DNA from: Micrococcales bacterium
GTDB taxonomy: Bacteria; Actinomycetota; Actinomycetes; S36-B12; UBA10799
Assembly: GCA_016703125.1 (NCBI GenBank)
Contig: JADJCR010000003.1
Coordinates: 64,933 to 128,932, forward strand
Direction of reading: 5' to 3'
DNA: 64,000 nt
Shown here: positions 30,439 through 38,115 of the stretch, piece after piece
Numbering within the stretch: position 1 is the stretch's first letter
Layout: the number at the start of each line of letters is the position of its first letter
The notes under the pieces: model-generated
Told to the model about the DNA's origin: nothing
The model's database searches: none
The model's input: the letters and a program-made list of their open reading frames with translations, nothing else
Position numbers and translations under genes: made by a program

Positions 30439-30885
30439 CTGACCTGATCCTCGGCGGAACCTGCGGCGGCGGCGGCGTCCGCCTGCTCCTGGGTGAGTTC
30501 GGGTTCGTGACGGCGGTCTCCAGGAATCCGTCGGGACCACCGGGCAATCGGCCGAGGAACTCCTGGAGCAGGTCCTGGTTGACGGTGCCATCGGCGTTGA
30601 ACAGCATGGCGGCCAGGTCCTCCCCCTGGCTGGTGACATGCCCGGTTGGGCCGGGCCGAACTGGCCGGGACCGCCGAACTGTCCTGGACCGGTCGTGGCT
30701 GAGGCACCGGTGTTGCTGAGCCCCCATGCGCCTGCCGCCACCGCCAGCAGCGAGGCGGCGACCGTGGTGGCGCCCAGGATGTGGGCCTTGCGACGTTCGC
30801 TGGTGTAGAGGGCGTACCAGCGGCTCTGTGCGGCGGGTTCGGTCTGCGGGTCCGGGGATGCCTGGGGGTTCGGTGCGGTGTCCAT
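30435..30885 (-). pseudogene. small membrane-anchored hypothetical protein, apparently frameshifted
   Basis: The N-terminal TM (ILGATTVAASLLAVAAGAW), the middle (DLAAMLFNADGTVNQDLLQEF) and the tail (ELTQEQADAAAA...VR, stop) sit in three frames. The stop overlaps the GT2 start. Confidence 0.45.
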
Positions 30886-30991
30886 GTCCGCACTGTGCGG
30901 CGTGCAGGTCGGAACCAGTCGGGAGGACGGTGAGAGTCCGGTGAGGAGCCTCGGACGTGGTCGGGCCGCGTAGAACACCTAGGGTGGGGCG

Positions 30992-32203
30992 GTGCCGGTC
31001 AACCCCACCCGTCGCCTGGCGGTCCTCACCGCGCTGCGGTGGTTCCCGGTCGGGCTCGTGGTCCCGGTCTTGGTGCTGCTGCTCGGGGCCCGCGGCCTGC
31101 CACTGGACCAGGTCGGGCAGGCGATGGCCCTCTACGGCATCGTGACCCTGTCCTTGGAACTGCCGACCGGTGGGTTGGCCGACGCGTGGGGGCGACGTCC
31201 CGTGGTGGTGGTCGCTGCGGTGCTCAACGCGGCCGGGCTGCTGGTCCTGGCGTTCTTCGGCGCACTGCCCGCGATCCTGGGCGGGATCGCCATGCTGGCA
31301 TCGGCCCGGGCACTGTCGTCCGGGCCGATGGAATCCTGGTTCGTCGACTTCATGCACGAACTGGGGGATCACCACATCGAACCCGGCCTGGCCAGGGGGC
31401 AGATCGCCGAGTCCTTGGCCCTCGGGCTCGGCTCGGTGATCGGTGGCCTGCTGCCCGTGGCGTTCGCTTCCCTGCCCCACACCGGTCAGGGTTTCCTGTC
31501 CTTGTCCGTGCCCTTTGTGCTGGCGGCGTGCATGCAGGTGGTCTTCGCGGTGGCCGCCGTGTTGCTGCTGACCGGGGAGACTGCACGGGAGCGGACCTCC
31601 GTGGCCTCGACGGTGGTAGCCGGTGCCCGGCGCAGTGTGAAGGACGCACCTGTGCGGCGGGTCATGGTCGTGGCCATGTGTCTAGGGGTCATGCTCAGCG
31701 GCATCGAACTGCTGGCGCCCAACACTTTCGCGGATCTGCTCGGCAGTCCGACTGCCGCATCGGGGCTGTACGGCGTGCTGACAGCGGTGGCCTTCGGCAC
31801 CGCCGCGCTCGGTGCCGCGATGAGCGCCCGGATCCCGGGGCGGCGTCCCGCGGTGGCTGCCGGGGCTTACGTCACCGGTGCCGGGATCGTGCTGCTGGTC
31901 GGGGTGCCGCTGATCGGCGTGGCCGCGGCGGCCTTCTTGCTCTTCTACGTGGTGATCGGAGTGCAGGGTCCGGTCATGGCCGGGCTGCTGCATGACCGCG
32001 TGGACTCGACGGTGCGCAGCACGATGATGTCCGTCGAGAGCCTTGCCCTGCAGGGTGGCGGCGCGTTCGCGAGCCTGGTGGTCGGTGCGCTGTCGGCGGG
32101 TGTGGGACTGGTGGCCGGCCTCGCAGTCATCGCCGTCGCGGCGGTGGCCGCCGCCGGCGCCCTGTGGCGCGATCTGGGGCAGTCAAGCTCCTCGCGGGTG
32201 TGA
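30992..32203 (+). CDS. MFS transporter
   Basis: 403 aa, about 12 TM helices, MFS loop motif GGLADAWGRRP. Confidence 0.85.
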   Translation: MPVNPTRRLAVLTALRWFPVGLVVPVLVLLLGARGLPLDQVGQAMALYGIVTLSLELPTGGLADAWGRRPVVVVAAVLNAAGLLVLAFFGALPAILGGIAMLASARALSSGPMESWFVDFMHELGDHHIEPGLARGQIAESLALGLGSVIGGLLPVAFASLPHTGQGFLSLSVPFVLAACMQVVFAVAAVLLLTGETARERTSVASTVVAGARRSVKDAPVRRVMVVAMCLGVMLSGIELLAPNTFADLLGSPTAASGLYGVLTAVAFGTAALGAAMSARIPGRRPAVAAGAYVTGAGIVLLVGVPLIGVAAAAFLLFYVVIGVQGPVMAGLLHDRVDSTVRSTMMSVESLALQGGGAFASLVVGALSAGVGLVAGLAVIAVAAVAAAGALWRDLGQSSSSRV

Positions 32204-32259
32204 CGGATGTCACGTGAATACCGGTACTTCGGGACGCGAAATGTGGGTCACTGGAAAAT

Positions 32260-32793
32260 GTGCGCCGCCTTCTGTGCGCGGGAATCCTCGCCTTGCTGCC
32301 CCTCGGGGTGACTCCTGCGCAGGCCGCGCCCGGCTTCGGGATCGGCACGGAGATTGGGGCCGGTTGGTCGCAGGATCGCGAACTGCAGGTCTCCCGGGAC
32401 GAGCCGATGCGGCCCATCGGGGTGACCCGTTCCCCGCAGAAGGCGGTGGCCTACCTGCAGAAGCTGGCCGAGGATCGCGCCAGCGGGTACTACGACCAGT
32501 GCCTGCGGCTGGCCGATGACGCCTACCTGCCCAAAGGCCCCCGGGTGGCCACGGCCTTCGATCAGTGGCGGCGGGCCAAGCGGGCCGGGGTCGCGCACCC
32601 CGATGACCGCGAACCCCCGTTGGGGGCGCAGATGTTCTGGGATCCCGGCCATGATGCCGGGCACGTCGCTACCTACGTGGGGGACGACCGGGCAGTGACC
32701 AACATGCCCGATGGCACCGTCAAGCGCATCAAGTGGCGAGAGATGAACGACTGGGGCCCGTACCTGGGCGGGGCCCTGCCGTACTACAAGTAG
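32260..32793 (+). CDS. secreted CHAP/NlpC-P60-like protein (paralogue 3)
   Basis: Signal peptide plus the same Cys/His block (DQCLRLADDAY ... AGHVATYVGDDR ... WGPYLGG). Confidence 0.65.
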   Translation: MRRLLCAGILALLPLGVTPAQAAPGFGIGTEIGAGWSQDRELQVSRDEPMRPIGVTRSPQKAVAYLQKLAEDRASGYYDQCLRLADDAYLPKGPRVATAFDQWRRAKRAGVAHPDDREPPLGAQMFWDPGHDAGHVATYVGDDRAVTNMPDGTVKRIKWREMNDWGPYLGGALPYYK

Positions 32794-32853
32794 CCGTCCA
32801 CAGATTCTGAGCGGGATCTTCCGGCCGACGGGCGCAGTCGGTGGACTGGACCC

Positions 32854-33726
32854 ATGCCGCTGAGTGCCACCGTCGACGAGGAACTGCTCTGCGCCCCGCT
32901 GCTCGACGAGGCCGCCTGGTCGCGGCTGCGGGGCCGCACCATCGTCCTGCAGCCGTGCGGCCATTCCGGCTTCCGCGGGTGTCCCCCACTGGGCACCCGC
33001 CGCTTCGTGCACGCCCGCGACAGTGCGTGTGCAGCCCGTGAGTCGCCCGAGCATCTGCACCTCAAAGCGGTGGTCGCCCGGGCAGCGGCCCAGGCCGGGT
33101 GGCAGGCCGACACCGAGGTGCCCGGAGACGGCTTCGTGGCCGACGTGCTCACCCGCGGCCCGTCCGGTCAGGTGGCTTTCGAGGTCCAGCGCTCCGCGCA
33201 GATCCTGCGCGAGTACGAGCGCCGGCAGGCCGGCTACGAGGCGGCTGGCATCCGCTGCGTCTGGCTGGTCGCGCGCATCCCCACCGGTCACCGGGCCGGA
33301 GCGGGGTTGCCCCTGTTCCTCGTGGACGGATGGCGGGAGCAGCCACGATGCGTCGTCAGCGGGCGGTCGATGGCGGTGCCGGTCTTCGTGCAGGCACTGC
33401 TGGCGGGGCAGTGCCGGTGGCGCGACAGTGTGCCGGGGCGGGCAGTGACCGTGGAGACGCTGCGCCAGATGTGCCCGGTGTGTGCCACCGAGCGGGAGGT
33501 GGAAGTGGCCCGCTGGTCGCGCGGCGCCTGTGTCTGCGGGCTGCCCATCCTGCACAGCACCGGTAGCATCGGATGGTCGCAGGCGCGCAGGTGCTGCGGT
33601 CATTGGGGACCCATGCTCACACTGGCCGCGGCAGTGCGAACCGAACCGAGCGCCCGGGAAGTGCCCGCCGGGCGTTGGTGCGTCAGTTCTTCAGAATCCC
33701 GTCTGTCACCAGAGCCGCCCGGGTGA
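32854..33726 (+). CDS. CoiA-like competence-family nuclease (PD-(D/E)xK) with Zn-ribbon tail
   Basis: CoiA-type arrangement: N-terminal Cys/His cluster, ESPEHLHLK, ADV...AFEVQRS, and a C-terminal CPVC...CVCG. Confidence 0.55.
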   Translation: MPLSATVDEELLCAPLLDEAAWSRLRGRTIVLQPCGHSGFRGCPPLGTRRFVHARDSACAARESPEHLHLKAVVARAAAQAGWQADTEVPGDGFVADVLTRGPSGQVAFEVQRSAQILREYERRQAGYEAAGIRCVWLVARIPTGHRAGAGLPLFLVDGWREQPRCVVSGRSMAVPVFVQALLAGQCRWRDSVPGRAVTVETLRQMCPVCATEREVEVARWSRGACVCGLPILHSTGSIGWSQARRCCGHWGPMLTLAAAVRTEPSAREVPAGRWCVSSSESRLSPEPPG

Positions 33727-34615
33727 GGGTGTCCACGGCCCCGCTGGTCGGCAGGTTCTCACGTTGTTGGTAAGCCAGCACGGCGCGCATCGTGGCTGGG
33801 CCGAAAAAGCCGTTGGCACCCGGCACTCCGAGCGCCTTCTGCACCGCCAGGACCTCCTTGGACTGGCTGCCGCGCCACAGCCGCGGGCCGGGGTTCGCCG
33901 ACGTGCGGGTCAGGCGTGGTGGATAGCCACAAGGTCGCCGGTTCGGCTGCCCGGGGTGCAGTGGCGCCGGTTCGTTCTGGAAGACGCGGCAGGGTCCGTA
34001 GTCGGTGGGAGCCGGCGTGCCGTCCCAGAAGCTGGTCCGGCCCAACGCGCCCGCCCACGAGAACGAGAAATGGACGTGGTCGGTGTGGGGGTTGGAGTTG
34101 GTGAGTCTGCGCCAGCCGTCGGACGCCCGGTAGGCGCCCCAGATGCGGTGGTTGTAACCGATGTACATGATCCCGAGCCGGCGGGCCCAGTAAGCCTGCT
34201 GGCCATCCGGCCCCTTCGCCATGAGCCAGTTGATGAGGTCGGTCGCCGCGGCGAACGCCTTGGGGTTCTTCACGTCTGCATGCCAGTCCCACGCCCGGCC
34301 GTCGAGGTGTTCGCTCGTGCCGTCGTCGGTGCAGTTGCGGGTCGAGCCCCAGTCCTGGGTCTGCGGGTAGGTCTTCATGACCAGGTCGCGGAACCCCTTG
34401 ATGCCCTTGCGCCATTTGGGGTCGCAACTGGTCTGTGGCACGTAGGCGGTGAACCCCTCGACCCGGCCCGCCGGTGCGGCGTACTGGCCCAGGCCGCTGC
34501 TGTTGTCCATCACGGGCACCGGCAGCCGTTGTGGCTTCGCCTGGCTGGGCAGAGTGGCCAGCCCCGGTGCGGCGGCGACACAGCACAGGGCTGCGACGAA
34601 TGCGATCTTGCTCAC
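33683..34615 (-). CDS. secreted M15/LAS-family zinc peptidase-like protein with C-terminal peptidoglycan-binding domain
   Basis: GTG 34615 follows GAAGGAG. Signal peptide; SxHxxGxAxD (SEHLDGRAWD) plus HxH (HVH); C-terminal PG_binding_1-like repeat. Confidence 0.6.
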   Translation of the reverse strand: MSKIAFVAALCCVAAAPGLATLPSQAKPQRLPVPVMDNSSGLGQYAAPAGRVEGFTAYVPQTSCDPKWRKGIKGFRDLVMKTYPQTQDWGSTRNCTDDGTSEHLDGRAWDWHADVKNPKAFAAATDLINWLMAKGPDGQQAYWARRLGIMYIGYNHRIWGAYRASDGWRRLTNSNPHTDHVHFSFSWAGALGRTSFWDGTPAPTDYGPCRVFQNEPAPLHPGQPNRRPCGYPPRLTRTSANPGPRLWRGSQSKEVLAVQKALGVPGANGFFGPATMRAVLAYQQRENLPTSGAVDTLTRAALVTDGILKN

Positions 34616-34829
34616 CCGTGCTCCTTCGTCCTGTTGCGCGCCAGACTGTACAGGTTGAGTGCGCAATTGCGCCAAACGCAAGGCAATCGGGTGACCTGCG
34701 CGCCGGGCATCGTCACTGGGCGTGACCGGGGCGTCTGCACGTGACGGGGTGCGGCGGGCGCTCGCGGGCGCCCCATCGTTGTCCCGCCGCCACGTGCGCC
34801 CTCGCCGCCGGGTCAGCGGGCAGGCGGCA

Positions 34830-35282
34830 TCAGCAGCAGGCGCTGGCCGAACTGACCGTCAAGGTCTGTGGGGTGCAGCAGCCCGCAGGCTGAGCTCTGT
34901 CCACGGGGTTGTCATCGGTGATCGTGTAGACCTCCCAAGGTGCGCCGGCCGGGTCGTTGACCCACACCTTGTCCTGCTGTGCGTAGCAGCAGACCGTGTC
35001 CATCTCCTCGGTGGTCTGCAGGCCCTCGTCGCTGAGGCGGTCAACGGCTGCCTGCACATCGGCGGTGGAGTCCACCTCGACACCGAGGTGGTTCAGGGCT
35101 CCTTCGGTGCCCGTGCCTCGGTCGGCGTTTTCGATGAGCACCAGCTTGAGCGGCGGATCCTGGATGGCGAAGTTCGCATATCCGGGGCGCCGCTTGTGGG
35201 GGGAGACACCGAACAACTTGCTGTAGAACTCGACCGACCCCTCGAGGTCGGCGACATTGAGTGCGAGTTGGACTCTGGACAT
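34830..35282 (-). CDS. arsI: ArsI/CadI-family VOC metalloenzyme (C-As lyase-like)
   Basis: 150 aa glyoxalase fold with a vicinal Cys pair (TVCCYAQQDKVW) and a Cys-rich tail. Confidence 0.8.
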   Translation of the reverse strand: MSRVQLALNVADLEGSVEFYSKLFGVSPHKRRPGYANFAIQDPPLKLVLIENADRGTGTEGALNHLGVEVDSTADVQAAVDRLSDEGLQTTEEMDTVCCYAQQDKVWVNDPAGAPWEVYTITDDNPVDRAQPAGCCTPQTLTVSSASACC

Positions 35283-35297
35283 GGGGCAGACTCCTCG

Positions 35298-35347
35298 TAT
35301 CGATGACTGTCAATGTGACCTTAGACAGAATATCGACTCTCGTCAAT
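35298..35347. promoter_or_regulatory. direct repeat TATCGA-N5-GTCAAT x2 in the arsI/arsR divergent region (candidate ArsR operators)
   Basis: 35298-35314 and 35331-35347 match at 12 of 17 positions, 33 bp apart, in an AT-richer intergenic stretch. Confidence 0.3.
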
Positions 35348-35478
35348 ATATGGCTCGATCCCTGGGCGACCGCGGCCTGTCGCCACGATGTTGGGAAGCG
35401 GCATCCGCGTCGGCGGCGATGCTCCTGCTGAGCCATGAGCGTTTGACTTCGGCCCAGTGCGGGAGGCACGATCGCTCA

Positions 35479-36156
35479 ATGGGCACTGAGAAGCCTCCAG
35501 GCGCAGATCTGGTGCGACGCGCGGCCGGACATGCCGCGTTGGGGGATGTGGGGCGACTGCAGGTGGTGGACGCCCTGGGGGTTGGGGACCGCAGTCCCAG
35601 CGACCTTGCTGCAGAGCTGGGAATGCCGTCGAATCTGTTGGCCCATCACCTCGGAGTGCTGGAGTCTGCCGGTCTGGTGACGAGGGCCCGATCGGAAGCC
35701 GACCGGCGTCGGACCTACGTCCGCCTGGTCCCCGCGGCGATGCGACATCTCGGTCACGTTCCTGGCCCCGACGTTCCCTCCGGCCGTGTGGTATTCGTGT
35801 GCACGGCGAATTCCGCGCGGTCGCAACTGGCGGCGGCGGTGTGGGCGGATCGAGCGGGATCAGCTGCGTCGGCAGGGACGCATCCGGCGGCCCGCATCCA
35901 CCCAGGCGCGGTAAGGGTTGCCCGCTCCCACGGGTTGGACCTGACGGCTGACCGGCCAACGGCTCTCGATCACGTGTGGCGGCCCGAGGACACCGTCGTC
36001 ACCGTCTGCGATTCCGCGGATCGCGAGGTGGAGGTCACCCATCTGCACTGGTCCGTGGCGGATCCGGTCCCGGCGGGCAGCGCTCGAGCGTTCGAGCAGG
36101 CGCTCACGCAGATCACGGGTCGGATCGACCAGTGGCTCACGCTGCGGTCGAGGTAG
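35479..36156 (+). CDS. ArsR-type HTH fused to an LMW-PTP/arsenate-reductase domain
   Basis: ArsR wHTH (PSDLAAELGMPSNLLAHHLGVLESAGLV) followed by a CX5R P-loop (VCTANSARS). Confidence 0.8.
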   Translation: MGTEKPPGADLVRRAAGHAALGDVGRLQVVDALGVGDRSPSDLAAELGMPSNLLAHHLGVLESAGLVTRARSEADRRRTYVRLVPAAMRHLGHVPGPDVPSGRVVFVCTANSARSQLAAAVWADRAGSAASAGTHPAARIHPGAVRVARSHGLDLTADRPTALDHVWRPEDTVVTVCDSADREVEVTHLHWSVADPVPAGSARAFEQALTQITGRIDQWLTLRSR

Positions 36157-36254
36157 TCCGCGCCGACGCCGTCCCGCAGCGGCTGGATCGGCTGTCTCCT
36201 GCAGGTCTTCGCCAACTCGTCGAACGCGTCGTGAGTAACGCTGAAATGCTGCTG

Positions 36255-36659
36255 TCACTGCGGGGCGATCTCCGAAATGAGGGTTTCGATGCGCCGGCGG
36301 ATGTCGTCGCGTATGGGCCGAACGGCCTCCACGCCCTGGCCGGCCGGGTCGTCGAGTTGCCAGTCCTCGTAGCGTTTCCCGGGGTAGATCGGGCAGGTGT
36401 CGCCACACCCCATGGTGATGACGACGTCCGAGGCCAGGACCGCATCGTTGGTGAGCACCTTCGGGATCTCAGCCGACATGTCGATGCCTTCCTCGGCCAT
36501 GGCCGCGACCGCCGCGGGGTTGACCGACTCGGCGGGTGCGGAACCGGCCGAGCGCACCTCCACCCGATCCCCGGCCAGGTGAGTCAGGTAGGCGGCTGCC
36601 ATCTGGGACCGTCCGGCGTTGTGGACGCAGACGAACAGGACACTGGGTTTGTCGCTCAT
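36255..36659 (-). CDS. arsC: arsenate reductase, LMW-PTP type
   Basis: 134 aa; P-loop CVHNAGRS and downstream Cys pair GCGDTCP. Confidence 0.9.
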   Translation of the reverse strand: MSDKPSVLFVCVHNAGRSQMAAAYLTHLAGDRVEVRSAGSAPAESVNPAAVAAMAEEGIDMSAEIPKVLTNDAVLASDVVITMGCGDTCPIYPGKRYEDWQLDDPAGQGVEAVRPIRDDIRRRIETLISEIAPQ

Positions 36660-36693
36660 GGTCTTTCTCCTTGTTTGGGTAGCGGTGTTGCGG

Positions 36694-37410
36694 TCAAGAG
36701 TCGTCGTGAACGGGGCCCGGCAGGTCGAGTGGCTCTGGGATGACGCCGACGCGTGGGTGGAAGAGTTCGGTCTGCGCCGCGCCGATCGCCGCGCCGAGCA
36801 TCTGGGCCACGATGAACGGGAACAGAGAAGCCGGGGCGATGCCGGCGAAGGTGTCGGTGAATGCGCGTCCGATGGTCACGGCGGGGTTGGCGAAGGATGT
36901 CGACGACGTGAAGAAGTACGCGGCACCGATCCACGCGGGCACCAGCGCTGGCCCGAGACGGCCGTGCCCGGTGCGCGTCAGGGCTCCGATGATCCAGAGC
37001 AGCCCGGCCGTGGCCACCACCTCGCCGAGCAGGATTCCGGTGCCACCGCGGGTGTGGGTGGAGATCTGGATGGCGGGCAGGTCGAACATCACGTTGGCCA
37101 GGGCGCAGCCGGTGATCGCCCCGGCTATCTGGGCAGGGACGTAGGCCGCGCCCTCGCCTGGATGCATCTCTCGGCGGGCCATGGCCACGCCGGTGACAGC
37201 CGGGTTGAAGTGGGCGCCGGAAATCGGGCCCAGGGTCCAAATGAGCAGGCCCAGCACCAGCACCGTGGCAAGCATGTTCATCAGCAGCTGTACGCCGACA
37301 TCATCGGACAGCAGGGAGGCCATGATGCCGGACCCGACGACTGCCGCCACCAGGATCATCGTGCCCAGGAACTCGGCAGCCACCCGTCGCTGCACCACGC
37401 TGATACTCAA
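36694..37410 (-). CDS. MIP-family channel (aquaglyceroporin, AqpS-like)
   Basis: Two NPA boxes (HFNPAV, FANPAV). TTG start at 37410 after GGGTGGGA. Lies directly upstream of arsC. Confidence 0.85.
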   Translation of the reverse strand: MSISVVQRRVAAEFLGTMILVAAVVGSGIMASLLSDDVGVQLLMNMLATVLVLGLLIWTLGPISGAHFNPAVTGVAMARREMHPGEGAAYVPAQIAGAITGCALANVMFDLPAIQISTHTRGGTGILLGEVVATAGLLWIIGALTRTGHGRLGPALVPAWIGAAYFFTSSTSFANPAVTIGRAFTDTFAGIAPASLFPFIVAQMLGAAIGAAQTELFHPRVGVIPEPLDLPGPVHDDS

Positions 37411-37785
37411 AGTCCCACCCCGGCCCGCCGGCAGCGACGCCCGGCCGCGGTTTCGTGCTCGCGCCGGAAACCGGCGACATTCCGGCGATGGACCACCATC
37501 TTGGCGAGCTGGGCGTTGCGCACGGCCTGCGCTGCGAGCCGTCCAACTATGACAATGCCCATTGAGTAATCGTGCCCTACGGCCGTTTCGGCGTGGCAAT
37601 CAGGGGCGGATTCCAGGTCGGGAGGCGGGACCCGTGGTTTGAGGCCGGTTGCGGGTACGCGTCGCGACGACGCGATTCCGGCCAGAAGCCCACCCCGGGA
37701 GAACCCGGCCGTGCGTGCGCCACGTCTGTGGACTCGACGTGGTCGGCTGCCTGGTCGTCCTGCAGGGCAGCTGATTCCCGGTGAT

Positions 37786-37798
37786 ACAATTCGATTGT
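37786..37798. promoter_or_regulatory. palindrome ACAAT-TCG-ATTGT overlapping a TACAAT -10-like hexamer upstream of arsR
   Basis: Perfect 5-3-5 inverted repeat 11 nt upstream of the arsR ATG. Confidence 0.35.
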
Positions 37799-37808
37799 GA
37801 TCGAAGCG

Positions 37809-38115
37809 ATGGTGTTCGAAGTTTCGGAACAACGTCTCAAGGAATCGCTGGCCGTGATGACGGCGGCGGCGGACCCGGTGCGTTGGCGACTCCTGGCCGA
37901 GTTGGCGTCGGCAGGGACCCGTTGTCTGTGATCTGCAGCCCGTGGCCAAAGTCGCGCCCAATGTGTTGTCCTACCACCTCAAAGTGCTGAGGGAGTCCGG
38001 CCTGGTGACCTCGGCGAAGCGGGGCCGGTGGGTCGACTACACCCTGGCGCCGGACGCTCACGACCGGCTGCAGCGGGCGCTGCCGACCGCGGGTGTGCTG
38101 ATCGGGAGTTCCTGA
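37809..38115 (+). pseudogene. arsR: ArsR/SmtB family repressor, frameshifted inside the Cys-x-Cys sensing motif
   Basis: Frame 0 reads ...LASAGTRCL then a stop at 37929. The next frame continues CDLQPVAKVAPNVLSYHLKVLRESGLVTSAKRGRWVDYTL. The junction is TGT-C-TGT at 37923-37929. Confidence 0.75.

Noticed and set aside
37407-37562. 51-codon ORF (MGIVIVGRLAAQAV...) whose TGA overlaps the TTG start of the MIP channel gene. Its N-terminus looks Rossmann-like, which would suggest a relic of an arsO/arsT-type oxidoreductase.
   Set aside because: Only about 7 residues resemble a dinucleotide-binding motif, the glycine pattern is incomplete, the first codons are rare for this genome, and the rest is Arg-rich. 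This is not enough evidence to call a gene or relic.
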